DNA of 63,638 bases, the filler included, from Folioceros fuciformis (taxonomy: Eukaryota): NCBI GenBank assembly GCA_049999805.1. It is 9 parts of 9 records of this genome, joined end to end, with 100 filler letters (N's around TTAATTAATTAA, not from the genome) between each part and the next. Parts side by side here need not be neighbours in the genome. Positions count along the whole stretch, not along the records: positions 24,404 to 30,753 come from JBNGIO010004044.1; positions 30,854 to 35,163 come from JBNGIO010004045.1; positions 35,264 to 44,138 come from JBNGIO010004046.1; 6 more parts are not named here. One strand, written 5' to 3'. Shown here piece after piece: positions 26,306 to 39,559 of the stretch; the stretch's first letter is position 1, and the number at the start of each line of letters is the position of its first letter. Under the pieces are notes generated by a model. The model saw only the letters and a program-made list of their open reading frames with translations, ran no database searches and had not been told where the DNA came from. The position numbers and the translations under genes are program-made.

Positions 26306-27034
26306 GTGAAGAGGTGAATGACTGAATTAAAGAAGTGATGGAACGAAGTGGAGTCATGAAGGGCTGAAGAGCTGAAGTGCTGGAGCGTGGGATTAGTGGA
26401 TTGAGCTGAAGGTAAGCTAGGGATTTTAACCTTTTTGCTGGAGTGCGGCCAGGAGTAGGGACTGGCTGATAGGTAGAAGTGAGAGTAGATAATTGTAGGT
26501 GACCTTGACACTAGTTCACTCCCTTGGGAGCGAATCATAAGACTGCAACGATAATAAGGGGAAGTGTGGCCTTTTGGTGGTTCTTGGGTGCAAGAAATCA
26601 TTCCACAAAAATCCTAACCTATGATGCTTCCTAAATTAGCGTGCCCGCCTTCACTTTGGCCTCATAGCTTTAAAGTCTTTGGGCATTCCCCTTGCCCTCT
26701 TACCACATTGCTAATCCATAAGATTTCCCCATAGTACCTCCACCACGCTTCTAATCCATAAGATTTCCCCATAGTACCTCCACCACGCTTCCGATGTCCA
26801 ATGTTTCCTCTCTCCTCCTAGGAAATTCTCTCCGTACACGTCTTCTACTTGAATCCCCTCGCTCTTCATCACTAGACAACCATACCATATGCACCTCTAC
26901 CCATGTTCTCACCTCCTCTTTAGTCATTTCCTTTAGCACCACCTATGAAGGATATGCTCCAGCTCCCATTTGCAGAAACCATTGATAATAGCCAGTGGTT
27001 GTTAGGATGTGCAGCCAATAATTCCTACCCCCTA

Positions 27035-28045
27035 CTCTTCCAACCACCACATACATATTTAGAGTGAGCACTCGCTCACCATGCAGGTAGAAGTTAGGAA
27101 CATGAGCACCTTCATCCCCATGTCACAGCACCAGACACCCTTTTGCGAAAGAGGTCCTTACCCTCTCCCTCGCTGACCATCCTAAGATAGCTGCCTCCTA
27201 AATTCCAAGGAGGTTGTACTCCCCTCTGCCGTGCTTCCGCCGGTGGGTGGTTCCACCACTTTCGTTCCTCCTTCCGCCATGATGCCTAATTTTGCCATTG
27301 CGGTTTCTTCTTCAGCAACTGTGGCCAACACCACCACCCCGATAGCTGGTTCCACTACAGTGGCTGTTTCAACCTTTGCGGTGGCTGATCCCTTGCCCCT
27401 CTGTGGCCTACATGTTTCTCTCATGACCGTGGCCCTAGCCTCATCCCTCACTCGTTTATACACCTCCGCCAACTTCCTGAACTTCTCCAACATGCAAGCA
27501 CGCGCTACTCCTCCCAACTGCCACAATGGTCAAACCCAATTGCCAAATCTCCACTTACCCTAGAATCACACAAGCTCACGATGCTAGATGGTAGTCTTCC
27601 TCCAGTTGTGCTCCGTCTTCGTTAGTGTTCCTCTGCTCATTGTCCATCCAGACTCCACAACTTGGGTTACTATTTCCACCTGACCCATGCCTGTACATTC
27701 CATATTCAGCAACTGTTGTGGAATGGGCCACCTACCCGCTACTTTGCAGAACTGTTGTTGAATGAAGGAACCCTCCCTTCCTTATATAGACAATTTCTAT
27801 TCCAAAATCCCAAGGCCCAAGGGCCTTTTAGCCTGGCTTGACATTTACGGTTCATGGCCCAAGGGCTACTTATTTGCAAAAGGAAAAGCAAACCAAATGC
27901 TAAGGAGTGGTGCTACCATAAGCCAAGGACACTTTTCATATAAAAGGCCTTGCCTCGACAGTATTTGAAAACACACACCCAAACAAAAAAAATCATTCAA
28001 ACCAACAGTCCAGAGGGAGGGTTCTTGCACATGTGCTCTTCCACA
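27035..28045 (-). mobile_element. Interspersed repeat, probable degenerate LTR-element segment; related copy at 43445-43800
   Basis: Three collinear blocks are shared with 43445-43800. Inverted termini TGTGGAA (27717) and TTCCACA (28039-28045). Confidence 0.5.
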
Positions 28046-29407
28046 CATGGGCAAGGACTTTTCAAGGTTCATTAAGGAGTGCACAAAGGTTTATTAGAGT
28101 AATAGGAATAGTGTTCTCACTCTTTTCTTGGTGGTGGTCTTCTTTCGTCAATGTGTATCCATTGCTTTGCAAACAACATTGGCTAATGCAATTTTTCGAA
28201 CAACAACAAGCGTAGGTCAAGCGTCTTCTTCGGCATCGGTGGTAGTAGGCCTTTTGTTATTCCACATCATGACATTTTGGGAGCAGTAGATAGTTTTTGA
28301 AAATGTTGTTTGAAGGGCCTAGTACCCCTTTTGGCATTTGATCTTGCTTGGATTGGTCCTCCAATCTTTGGAGTGGATGGACTTTCTATCTCTTTCTCAA
28401 TAATAGAAAACAATATTAAGTATAGTGATGAGATTAAAAACCCATAATAGAAACCTATTTTTCCTATCAAATAATTAAGTCCAAGAGCCAATCTAAAGTA
28501 AGTTGAGCAACTGTATATTTTATATAACATAAAGATGTTTATGTACAAATTGTAGAGTTCTTAGTTTGGATGTAGTTATGAAGGAAGTTATATAATTTAA
28601 TATGTCTTGATATCATGGTTGTTGAGGCTAGGATTTTGGGTAGTGCACAATCACTTAAGCATGAAAACAAAAGTCATTTATCATAGTTTGCAATAACCTT
28701 TATGATGATAAAAAAATTGGATAAACTTCAATAATAAGAATGTATTTTATTACTAAAAAAACAAGAGTACATCTCTTGTGTAAATTTCTTGAACATCTTT
28801 TTTTAGCAATAAGTACATTAAATACTAATACCCTATGAAGCCTCATTATCGTCCTCAATGGTTTGTCTAGTACGTGGCTCGAATGGGAAAGCTAGGGAGG
28901 CTGATTATTGGATTGGGATGCAACCATCTATCAAGTCTTAGGATGTATCATTCTCAATCCTAAGATGATGAGTTTTGAAATAAAAATGGTCAATGATCAT
29001 CCATAGCTTAAAAGAAAAATAGACGCTTAGTGAAAAAGGAAGGCTAATTTCCCTTGATTGGACAAAATAGGAAGGATTGTTTAAAGATCTCAAGCTTAGT
29101 AGATAAGAAAAGGACGCGAGACTTGATGTTTAATTTACCCAAACCCTAGTTGTGACAAATTTGGCAGAAGTGTTACAAAACCATACATATAGATTACACA
29201 AAATCATTACATGAGGCCTATATTTGTATTAGGGAACGATCCACTGTCATTCCAAGAAGCCATGCTCATGATGCACCCACATTGGGCCTTGTGAGCCACA
29301 AATCCTTATAAGGGTAAAATGTTATCTTAAACTCACGACACGCCCTTCTTGATTGCAAGACAATCCTCATAGAAAAATACAATGTTCCTTGCTCCTTGGG
29401 CTTCTTT

Positions 29408-29672
29408 GACGGTAGGCATCTAGGCTTGTTAGTTAAATATAGCTTGTTTACATCATTCACTTTGTAGACATCTATGACGGTAGGCATCTAGGCTTGCTAG
29501 TTAAATGTAGCTTGTTTACATCATTCACTTTGTAGACATCTATGAAGGTAGGCATCTAGGCTTGCTAGTTAAATGTAGCTTGTTTACATCATTCACTTTG
29601 TAGACTTCTCTGACCACATGCATCTAGGCTGCGGAGTTAAATGTGGCTTGTTTACATCATTCACATTGTAGA
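29408..29672. repeat. 68-bp tandem repeat x~4
   Basis: ggtaggcatctaggcttg..gttaaatgtagcttgtttacatcattcactttgtagac with period 68. Confidence 0.9.
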
Positions 29673-30753
29673 TATTTTAACCCTCAAGATAAGTATGAGC
29701 ATATAAGAGTTGCAACCTACCATCAATAAAGTGGAAACAAATGAGGAAAATAGTTGAGCTATTCTTGTTTCACAACCAGCCAAGCATTTTAGAAGGATAT
29801 ACTAGGTAGCCAAAGCTAAGTGGCTAAGAACTCAAGCACTACCTCATAACTAGTTCTAGAATTTTGTGGGTCTTGCAGCAAAACTTGAGCTTAGAGCACA
29901 TAATCCATTCAAACTTGAGATTCTAGAATAGTCGCATTAATGGCATCTAACAAAAGTTGCAAGCCTTGTGGAGATTAGGGGTTGCACCACACTACTAATC
30001 AAAATCTCAACCTCTTGTTGCACAAATTGCTTAGTGACTAAAATGTGGTCCACAACTTCAAGTTCGGATGTTGACAGTTTACTAAAGAGGATATGCAATT
30101 CTTCTTACAAAAAGTGTTTTGATTCTAAACCATTTGGCATATATGGAAGTGGAGGCTCGCTATAGGATATCTTTTATGACATGCAACATATTCTTATTCT
30201 ACGTACAAGTCATAGAAAATTCATAATTGAAGGAGTCTAATTGCCACTAGTGATGACTATGGACACAAAATTTGATGTAAGGAACATTTGTCTTATGCAA
30301 GTAAGCAGACATCTCCTTATTGAGGGATGCTATTTGATGCTAGTTTTGGAGAAGGTCTACTCAACTCTTTGGAAATTTGAGAGTCAATTTCTTTTGAATT
30401 GTAGTAATATCTGATTTTCAACATTAGATTTTATCTTCATATTGCTCCTTCAAGACATGAGTTATTGATCTTAGCTCTTATGACTCATTCTGGAATTGAG
30501 AAGATTGTACGACAGCTTCTCGATCTCCCCCTTAGATGGACCTCAACATTTTCTCAACCTTACCCTTACATCTTGCTAACCTCGAAGATGTTGGAGCATG
30601 TGACTCTAAAATCTCTTAAGAGTCCATCGGTGATATTTTGGCTAAGGTGTATCCTTCAGCATGCCTCGGCAAAGAAACCAGACTGCCAGAAACGGGAGAC
30701 ACTTCGAAATCCAAAATCCGAGTGGGTCGATCAGGAATGCCACGAAGTATGAT

Positions 30754-30853
30754 NNNNNNNNNNNNNNNNNNNNNNNNNNNNNNNNNNNNNNNNNNNNTTA
30801 ATTAATTAANNNNNNNNNNNNNNNNNNNNNNNNNNNNNNNNNNNNNNNNNNNN
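30754..30853. other. Artificial scaffold linker
   Basis: N44-TTAATTAATTAA-N44. Confidence 0.97.
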
Positions 30854-32104
30854 GTCTATCATGATTTATCTCCCTTCTAGTTGGGGTGCATTTCATAAAC
30901 TATGATTCTTTTGCTAAAAAAAATATTTTCATTACAAATTCCATATTTTTTCCCTTCCTTGTTTCCATTGTAATAAATGATGATGTAAAACATAAACACA
31001 CGAGATCATCAAGTGGCCTCATATATGCGTACAACATCGTCCATAGATAGTGAACCTAAGTCATTTAATCGTCTATAGATAATGAACCTCAGTTATTTAA
31101 TATCTTGTATCCTTGGATACAAGCTTTAGTACCTTTTCCAATTACACATCTTGTATCCTTGGATACAAGCTTTAGTACCTTTTCCAATTACACATAAAAC
31201 TTAAACCCCTTACACGAGGATGCTCTTGCTCTCGTCACACCCACTACCTCTCCATTTCTTCTATTCTTGCTCGACTTGCTCTACCTCTCCATTCCTTCTA
31301 TTCTTGCTCGACTTACTCGATATGAACGTTGTATATCTATATATGTGTTATGTGCTTACTTCACTATAGGGGTATTATTCCTACCTACCTATGCATTATG
31401 TGCCTACTTCACTAGAGGTATTATAAACCTACTTACAATATATACTAGTCTAATATATCTACTCCATTACATTTCATCAAGTGATTGCTAATTCTTTCAG
31501 TAAACTTTGAGTTTTTATCAAAGAAATACATAAAATATATATTTTTCTAACACTTGTACAATTTCCTAAATTTCCAAGTCTACATCAAGAAACTCCCAAT
31601 AGTACTATGTTTAGCGACATTTTCACAATGTTTGCTCCATTTCTGTAGCTTCAAATCTGCATAAACTAACTCTTAATTGTCAAGTAATCAGAATCTGAAA
31701 ACAATTAGTTTTGTTGAAGAAAACTTGGTTTATGCTTATGATGTTGTAGAGCGACTTGAAACCGCAATATAAAGGCATGTAGCAATTGTCTGAACTCATC
31801 TAGATGCAAGTTAGAAAATGTGGATGACGACGAAAACAAGAGGTGATGACTTTTACCTTTTACATTCACAAATCAAGACACTTGATAAAGCACATGTAAA
31901 TAAGAGAGAGTTTCCTCCTCATTAAACAAATCCTCCTCCTCCTCCTCTTCGGATGTGACATTTAGCAAACTTGTAATGGGCATAGCTTTCTTCAACTCCA
32001 ACAAAAATTGCTTTTGGAGTGAGTGATACGGCATGGTGATGGGCCATGACACTCAAAGTAATTGGCACCAAGGCCTTGGTTAGCCATTCAGTTTTGCACT
32101 AGAG

Positions 32105-32535
32105 AGTGTGCAAGAGGACGACCTAGGGGTCCGAGTAAGAGCGATTAAGAGGGAGAGCAGCTCGGAGGAGTCCGAGCAAGAGCGATTAAGAAGGAGAGTA
32201 GCTCGAAGGGGTTCGAGCAAGAGCGATTAAAAAGGAAGAGCAACTTGGAGGGGTCCAAATAGGAGTGATTAGGAGAGAGCTAGAAGGCGGGTAAGAGGAT
32301 AACCTAGAGGTGTCCGAGCAAGAGCAATTAGGAGGGAGAGTTAGAAGACGGGGCAAGAGGGCAACCCAAAGGTGTTTGTGCAGGAGTAATTAAGAGGGAG
32401 AGCTGCCCAAAGGAGTCAAAGCAAGGGTGATTAGGAGGAAGTGCTAGAAGGCGGGCAAGAGAGCAACCTAGAAGGGGCCGAGCGTAAGTGATTAAGAGGT
32501 AGTGCAGCCCGAGGGCGATGAGCTAGGGCGATTAG
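32105..32535. repeat. Degenerate purine-rich tandem repeat (GTCCGAGCAAGAGCGATTAAGAGGGAGAGC core)
   Basis: About 8 diverged copies with 40-60 bp spacing. Confidence 0.7.
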
Positions 32536-33958
32536 ATAGCCTATTAGTCGTTTTAGTGTCTAAGCGAACCCTAAACTCTAATAAAATTCTTGTGCTTCAT
32601 TTCAGGTATAGCTATCTTTTATATAAAATCTCGATTCTCGGTGCATGTACAATATCTCCCTATGAATGTATGAGTAGGTCCGCCTAAGGCAAGGTCGTAG
32701 AGATCGCAAGCCGATCTGGGTGAGCTACCTCGGGAAGAGCGAAAAGTAGAAGGCGCAGTTAATGTTTGGAAAAGCGAAGCGCCGTACACGAAGTCCCGTT
32801 CGGCGCACAGCAAGTCTGGGACGACGAGCAGCCCAAGGCTGATAAATCATGGTAGGGTTAGGAAGGGGTGGCGTGATGTTCACTGTTTGTTTTGGCCCCA
32901 CTAGGGGNNNNNNNNNNNNNNNNNNNNNNNNNNNNNNNNNNNNNNNNNNNNNNNNNNNNNNNNNNNNNNNNNNNNNNNNNNNNNNNNNNNNNNNNNNNNN
33001 NNNNNNNGGGAGAAAGATGTTCGTAAGAGACAGCCGTTGTGACGCCACGTAGCTGGTCGCAGTTAGGGTTTGGGTGGGTGCTGAGTATGTATTGTATGCA
33101 GAAGCGGCAAGTGCAGTGTGCAGTGCAGTAGCAGAAAGAAGTGAGAATTTCCCGCTTATCTTTGGTTTGCTCTGCTTTCCGTTGGGGCGCAACATCTGGA
33201 TCCCCCATCTCCTGGTCCCGGTCCGTTGCCGGTCCCGGTCTCAGCCCTGGCCCCAGATCCATTGCATGGCTGCATAACCTGCAGGAGGGTGGGAGTGCGA
33301 AAGAGTGGGTGGCCCGGCCCATTTGCTGGCCCCTCCCGGCCCCGGGTGCTCGCCGCCTCCTCGTCCTGGACCCTGGTCCCTTGTCCTGCCAAGCCAAGCA
33401 AGCGGACAAACGGACCAGCAAGGCACAGCAGCCAGCAGCCAGAAGTGGCTGCAAAGGGAAGAGAAGAGAAGTCGGAAGGAGAGAGAGAAGGAAAGGCAGG
33501 CCAGGCCAGGCCAGGCGTGCATGCGTGCTGCGCGGCCCTGCCCCTGCTTGCGGACTGACTGGATACTGGGCACTGGACTGAAGGACTATGTAGACTAGGC
33601 TTCTACTGACTGGCTGCCGTGGCCGGCTGGCTGGTTGTCTGTGAGCCCGGAGGACCTAGGACCAGGCCCGGGCTCCGGCGCGGGGGCCGATGATGCAGGC
33701 CCCAGGTCCCAAGCCCCTCCCTGCCCGCTGCAATGCAGCCCAGGGCCCGGGAGGGCCACTGCTACGCACGAGAGAGATTAGGCTAGGATAGTGGGTAACG
33801 GGTCTGCGCAGAGGAGGAAGAGGGGGAGGAAGGAAGATATTCGGGTCCCGGGTCCCCCGATCGCTGATCCCGGACGGAGGGAGCCGCTGCCAGTCCCGTT
33901 CCGCAAGTGGTGGCAGGAGGGGCAGAGGCAGGCAGGTAGCAGTAGGCGGGCGGGGTGC

Positions 33959-35163
33959 ATGCAGCAGCAGGGGCAGGGCCAGCAGGAGGTGCCGGCCAGG
34001 AGCCGGGCCCCCTCCTCCACGCCCGTGCCCTTTCCCGTGCCTGTGCCTGCGCCCTCTCCCTCGCCCTCCGCCTCCACGCCCTCGCCTTCCACCTCGCCTC
34101 TTCCCCCCATCGCCAACCCTACGGCTGCTCCGCTCTCTCCCTCCCGGAGCCACCAGAGTGAGGGGGCTCTCAGTGTGTCCGCAGCTGGGCCCGCCTCCGC
34201 GGCGGCTGCTGCCGCCGCCACCTCCTTCGTCGTCTCTGCTCCTGCTGCTCTTGTGGCGGCAGGAGCGTCCAGTTCTGGGGTCCCCGGGGGTGTGGATGAT
34301 GCGGCGAGCAGAGGGGCGCAGCTGCCCCCTCCCTTTGCTCAGTTCCAGCAGGTGAGATCACCAGCAGGTTTCTGCAGTTTCGGTCCGGTCGGGTCGGGTC
34401 GGGGCTGGTGGGCTGGATCTGGTAATGCGCGGGGGAAATTTGGGATCTGGAAGGCATGGACATGGTTGTGTATTGGTGGCGGAAGCAGCAGGAGCATGTC
34501 GCGCCACGCCTATGGCTGGAGCTGCCGTCTCCGCATTACCCCCGCTTGGCCGATCTCATGCTTGCGCTTAGGGTTCTGTCGGGTCTTGCCGTGCAGTTGT
34601 TGGCCTGCCCTTTGTCGCTCGAGCTTATCTTGTGTTTTCGTGCGGGCGCATGTGTGTAGGTTCTGCAAGGGCTCTGGGACAGCGGCCGGAAGTTTGATTT
34701 CAACAAATTGGTAGCTCTCATTCAGCAAAAGTCTTCGGCAGTGTCTTCTGCGGGAAGTGGGGATGGGGGTTTGGGTTCGTCGTCGTTTTCTTCAAGATCT
34801 GGGCTTGATGTGCCACAGCAGCAGCTCTCGTCTGGTCAGGGGAGCGAGTCGCAATTTATGCTGCACCCCAACGCGGGATCCAGCGTGGGTCATCTAGATG
34901 CTCAGCAGTTCTACCTGCAGCGCTCCCTCCTCGGCGCCCAGCAGAAGGTGGCGTCGGGTTCTCTGCAGCCGCAGTTTCCGCAGCAGCACCAGCAGTTGTC
35001 GAGACCAGGTGTGCACCTATCGGGGTCTGAAGGCAATGTCAATATCCCGGTACCTGATCAGCTGCAGCAGCGGTGGAAGCAGCAACAGCAGGCTCAGCAT
35101 CAGGTGTTGAAGATGCAGCAGCAGCAGCAGCAAAAGGCGCAGCAACAGCAGTACCTGCAGGAG
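33959..35163 (+). CDS. Gln/Ser/Pro-rich N-terminus of a large protein, possibly BRAHMA-like SNF2 ATPase (3' partial); exons 33959-34351 and 34660 to scaffold end
   Basis: In-frame phase-0 splice (CAG|GTGAGA ... GTAG|GTT). QQFYLQRSLLGAQQK and poly-Q loosely recall the BRM N-terminus; no diagnostic domain is visible. Confidence 0.5.
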
Positions 35164-35263
35164 NNNNNNNNNNNNNNNNNNNNNNNNNNNNNNNNNNNNN
35201 NNNNNNNTTAATTAATTAANNNNNNNNNNNNNNNNNNNNNNNNNNNNNNNNNNNNNNNNNNNN
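35164..35263. other. Artificial scaffold linker
   Basis: N44-TTAATTAATTAA-N44. Confidence 0.97.
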
Positions 35264-35656
35264 ATCCCCGTGCTCCTCGTGCTCGAAACTCGAAGCTTCT
35301 TGTGTCGCGCCGCTGTCCCCACAGCATTGTTGCTCTCGGCCGGCCGCCCCGGCTGCACCTTCACCGGTCTTGCCCGCGCCGGCCCGATTCGGACTCGGCG
35401 TCGCAACCGGCGCCCCTTGGGATCCCTGGCCGCCAGCGGAGGATGGCCCGAGACCTCCCGCCTCGGCAACTGATGCCGTAAGGTGCAGTGGGCCGTACAA
35501 GTAGCTTTCCGAGACGAGGTAATCCTTGATGCTCCTCACCACCTCCCCCATTCGCGTCTTCATTCCTCGCTTCGTCTTTCTCCCCCGCTTCCTCTCTGCA
35601 ATCCTGGCCGCGGATTTCCTTCCTGGTTTGCTGAGCGCCGGCCGTGCACTTCCCAT
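35264..35656 (-). CDS. Uncharacterized plant protein with basic N-terminus (3' partial)
   Basis: GC-rich ORF with an Arg/Lys tract followed by IKDYLVSESYLYGPL, recalling a YLxSDSYMYAPL-type motif of plant unknown proteins (from memory). Confidence 0.45.
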
Positions 35657-37019
35657 GGCTGGTGCCCGGCGCGAGGTGCAGGAGCTTCACGCTTTCTCCG
35701 ACCCTGGGGTTTGCCGGCTCGATTTGGTCGCCACCCGTGACAGGCAGTGTGTGGGGAACTCCGGAGACACCTGTCACCGCCGCTGTCGGGGGCGCAGACG
35801 GAACTTCAGCTAAGTGTGTCACGCCTGGCGCGTCATGCACCTACGCAGATTGCGGCGCATCACAACTAGGAGTGCTAACGACCTGGCACATCATCCAGGA
35901 ACGGGAGATCTTCGTGTGCAGGTTTGTGCTGCAACTGCAAGCAGCGGCGAGACTGGTTTCCGCTTCCGAGCCGGGCCCTCGGATCAATCTCTCCCGCCGA
36001 CTTAGGTCCGTCATGGCAGCTACCTTGTATGAGGAGCCTAGCTAGATGCACACATTCCCTCGACAAAGGGAGCCTCCAGGAGGGATGAGGAAGCTGGCTG
36101 CGCATTTCTCGGTGCCGATCTCGTGTGTGGTACCGAAATAGGGCTAGCAACTTTGCAACTGCGACAAGCAGCATTGCCCAATCGAATTCCTCATCGGAGG
36201 AGGAATCGCAGCCTGCAGGCATTTTCAAGGCGGTGCTACCTGAGCTACAAGGCTGTTACGAAACGTTGAGCATTCCGACGCTCTCATGCTAGAATGCCAT
36301 CAATCCACTCGCTTAACACACGAGATGCCACCCACTCTGTCACTCGTCAACCATCCTGTCTTCCTCTCAAATCTTGAATTGAACGGTATACGTCCAAGCA
36401 GTCCCCACATAGCTACAGAAATATACGAAACGAGCAAGGTGTGGTTCTTCTTGGCGCTGGGCTTTGTGGTCCCTTGGTTCCTCGTTTTGCAATCCCCGTT
36501 GGAGCAAGGTGTGGTTCCTCTTTGCGCCGGCTCTTTTGTCCCCTGTTCCCTACTTGTGCACTACACAATGATCACTACACCGTTGTTTCCCCTTCTACAA
36601 ATGTTCATTATTTTATTTTATTTATCATAAACAATAATAACCGTAAAGGACGTATACCTCAAATCCTAATTCCTGTAAGAAAAAGGAACAAATCCCATAT
36701 TTCTTGGAAACTCTTATCCACATATTTAGACGGTTCGGCCATCTTAAGGTTACATCTTTAGCACCCTCTACATTAAGTGGGCAGTATTGGTGGACAACAA
36801 GAGAGCAAAAACGATGCATATCGGGGGGTAGTGGAGAAGTTTGGGCACCCTCAACGAATCTGGTCTGACTAGTGGAGAAGTTTGGGCACCTTCAACGAAT
36901 CTAGTCGTGGAGAAGTGTGGGCACCCTCAACGAATCTGGTTTGACTTTGCCACACAGCATGTGAGACCCAAGGGAGAACAGTAGCAACATCATAAGAGAG
37001 CGTGGGAGCAAGATGTTGT

Positions 37020-38270
37020 AGTTGTGCACGCAATGGTGGTGTGGGTGTGCAAGCTACGTGTGCTGAAGTCAGCAATGGTGCAATCATGTCACAACCTCCT
37101 TGGGGTGGTGCTCACTGAAGGAGAAGTGGGGGTTCTTGCTCAAGGGGTACATGTTGGATCTACAAGCGAGGAAGGAGCTGGACACGACGAACCCATGGCA
37201 TGGACATGATGAACCCATGGCATGGACACGATGAACCCATGACATGGACACGATGAACCCATGGCATGGACACGACGAACCCATGGCATGGACATGACGA
37301 ACCCATGGCATGGACACGACAAACCCATGGCATGGACACGACGAACTCGTGGCATGGACACGACGAACTCGTGGCATGGACACGACGAACCCATGGCATG
37401 GACACGACGAACCTGTGGCATGGACATGACCAACCCATGGCATGCACACGATGAACCCGTGTCATGGACACCATGAACCCATGGCATGGACACAACGAAC
37501 CCATGGCATGGACATGACGAACCTGTGACATGGACACGATGAACTTGTGGCATGGACACTACAAACCTGTAGCATGGACACGACGAACCCACGGCATGGA
37601 CACAACGAACCCATGGCATGTGCACTCGCTGCACACAGCCTTCACGCCAACCATGATAAAGGAGCTCGCCTTGTTCATCCGTGTGTGGAATCTGCACAAG
37701 GTAAGGAAAATGGTCTCTGCAGACAAGGACGTACTTTGTGGTGGCTTTCCAAGAGGCAAAGCAGCTATTGGGGGCAGTTAAGCCACCTACATACGGGGTG
37801 GACGAGAAGAACGATGGTGATGAGTACATGATTTCGGGACCGCAGTTTGCACGGAACAATGCCTCGGAGGAGCCACACTTGCAAAGCATCACATTGTTGA
37901 CCGGGGTTAAGCGACCATAGTGTGTGAGGGTGAGGTAGAGGCAAATTGGCACTTGATGGCTGACATGGTGGGCGTGTCGCTGCAAGAGCTGGAAGACGCA
38001 AGGAACAAGGCATATCGTGCAGGATTGGAGTGTGTTGACTACTTGCCAGATGCATCATGGTTGCATCGAACATTGATGGTAGTGTGCTTGTACTATAGGC
38101 ACAAGGGGCTGCACCTTCATGTTGTGGATGGAGGACAAGTGTACACTCTGAACATGGTGGATGATAAACGTTCTACGAGAACTTTTTGTGGATGGAGGAG
38201 CACATGCGTAGCCATGGAGAGAGGCGAATATGGGGACACTACGTATGTGCCCTCCATCATTCTATGAAGG
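37020..38270 (+). mobile_element. Degenerate integrase-core (IS3EU-like) transposase relic, copy 1
   Basis: MLDLQA..ELDTTNPWHVHSLH.AF.P.M.KELA.FI.VWNLHKVRK matches the LD..N..H...LH..F.P....L..F...WN.H..R pattern. A homologous copy lies at 47480-48340. Confidence 0.5.
37179..37621. repeat. 22-bp minisatellite (GGACACGACGAACCCATGGCAT) x~20
   Basis: Read directly; embedded in the integrase relic. Confidence 0.93.
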
Positions 38271-38553
38271 CATGGGGGCTATAGGTAGATTGTGAGGAGA
38301 GCAACATGTGTGTCTGATTGTGTTTGAAACATTTTGTGGCTAATTGAGGGCCAGAAGCTGCAACCCAAAATTAGCCAATGCTTGCGATTAGCAACAGTGG
38401 CCACTATGTTTGGTCCAGGAATGCACGGTCTCAATGGGAATGCTTGGACAGAGTTTTTATTGCATGGAATCGTAGAGCCAAGGACTTGGTTGAAAGCCGT
38501 GGAAACATAACCTTCAAGCAAAGTAGTCACCTTTCTTCTTTACTCGAGACACC

Positions 38554-39555
38554 TTTTTTTTTTTCGCGAAGAAAAAAAATCTGATTACTCGCAGCTTAGG
38601 TTGCATGAAGGGTACAATAGTTACGTATGCAACTGAATGAGGAGTAGCTTACCAACTAACTCTAAGTTGCAAAAACGAGCACATCTGATCTACCCTGCGG
38701 CCGAGGAATACCCGGCCTTATGGGTCTTGCCTGCCCCACGGACAGGAGTGGTCCCACTTACCATTGTGCCAGAGGAAACCTATTAATTTCCACTCTTTCT
38801 GTCGGAACTTAGTGGGAGCCGAAGTTCGAATGCTTTCTGCGACCATAAGGACCTGTTCCCAAATGTGCCATAACAAAGCTTTCCAAGAAACTGGATCACT
38901 CCCGCCATAGACCATTGCTGTCCAATTTTGCCATAGAGAGAAAAGAGATAAGGACCACATCCCATCTAACACCACTTGGCAAAAACCTAGCCGAATCAAG
39001 AGGGCGGGCAAAACCTTGAACGATATGTTGCTAAGTTAAAAGCAATGGCATCTGAGCTACGAGTAGGTCATTTCTAGTTGTTTGCGCCCGTGACAACAAG
39101 CTTTAGGGTGAGCAAGATCAGGCGAAGGTAGAAGTAATGGCTTCAAGGCCACAAGCAGCAGATTTTGGGTTGTTTGCGTTGGCAATGGAGTAGGAGGCTC
39201 TAACGAGTCGATGCGGAGAAAATGGAGGCCGATACGGCCTGGATGTTAGGTGCCCTTAGGACAGAAAGCCTAAACACACAGGAGGCCAGTAACCGTGGAT
39301 GGGGGGCGAGCAAGAGCTTAAGAAAGGATAAGGTTCCCTGACAGGGAATAAAGTTGCAAGGGGGGAATATGCATGCAGGGTACCAAATGTACGATATTCT
39401 TGTATTGAGGTCGATGAGGGGGTCAAATTTGGCTTTTTTCCACCTTTGTTCGAAAGGGAGGCCGGAAAACAAGGTCAACCTGTTGGCTAGGACACCTAAT
39501 TTCATCACATATGAAGTTCACACATGGTCGGTGATTTGTGAGCAATGCCTAGGAA
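38554..39555 (-). mobile_element. 3' end of a LINE with poly(A) tail, degenerate
   Basis: 38870-38980 (minus) aligns by eye with 42598-42704 (plus) of the neighbouring LINE. The T-run at 38554-38564 is a minus-strand poly(A). Confidence 0.6.
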
Positions 39556-39559
39556 TGCT

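Noticed and set aside
29760-30460. Possible very old retroelement pol remnant
   Set aside because: Too degenerate to support any motif.
35875-36228. ORF starting MPAGCDSSSDEEFD, vaguely like a Harbinger transposase N-terminus
   Set aside because: No catalytic motifs or TIRs found.
37084-37537. Cys/His-rich repeat ORFs (SSCPCHGF)
   Set aside because: Translations of the 22-bp minisatellite in several frames.
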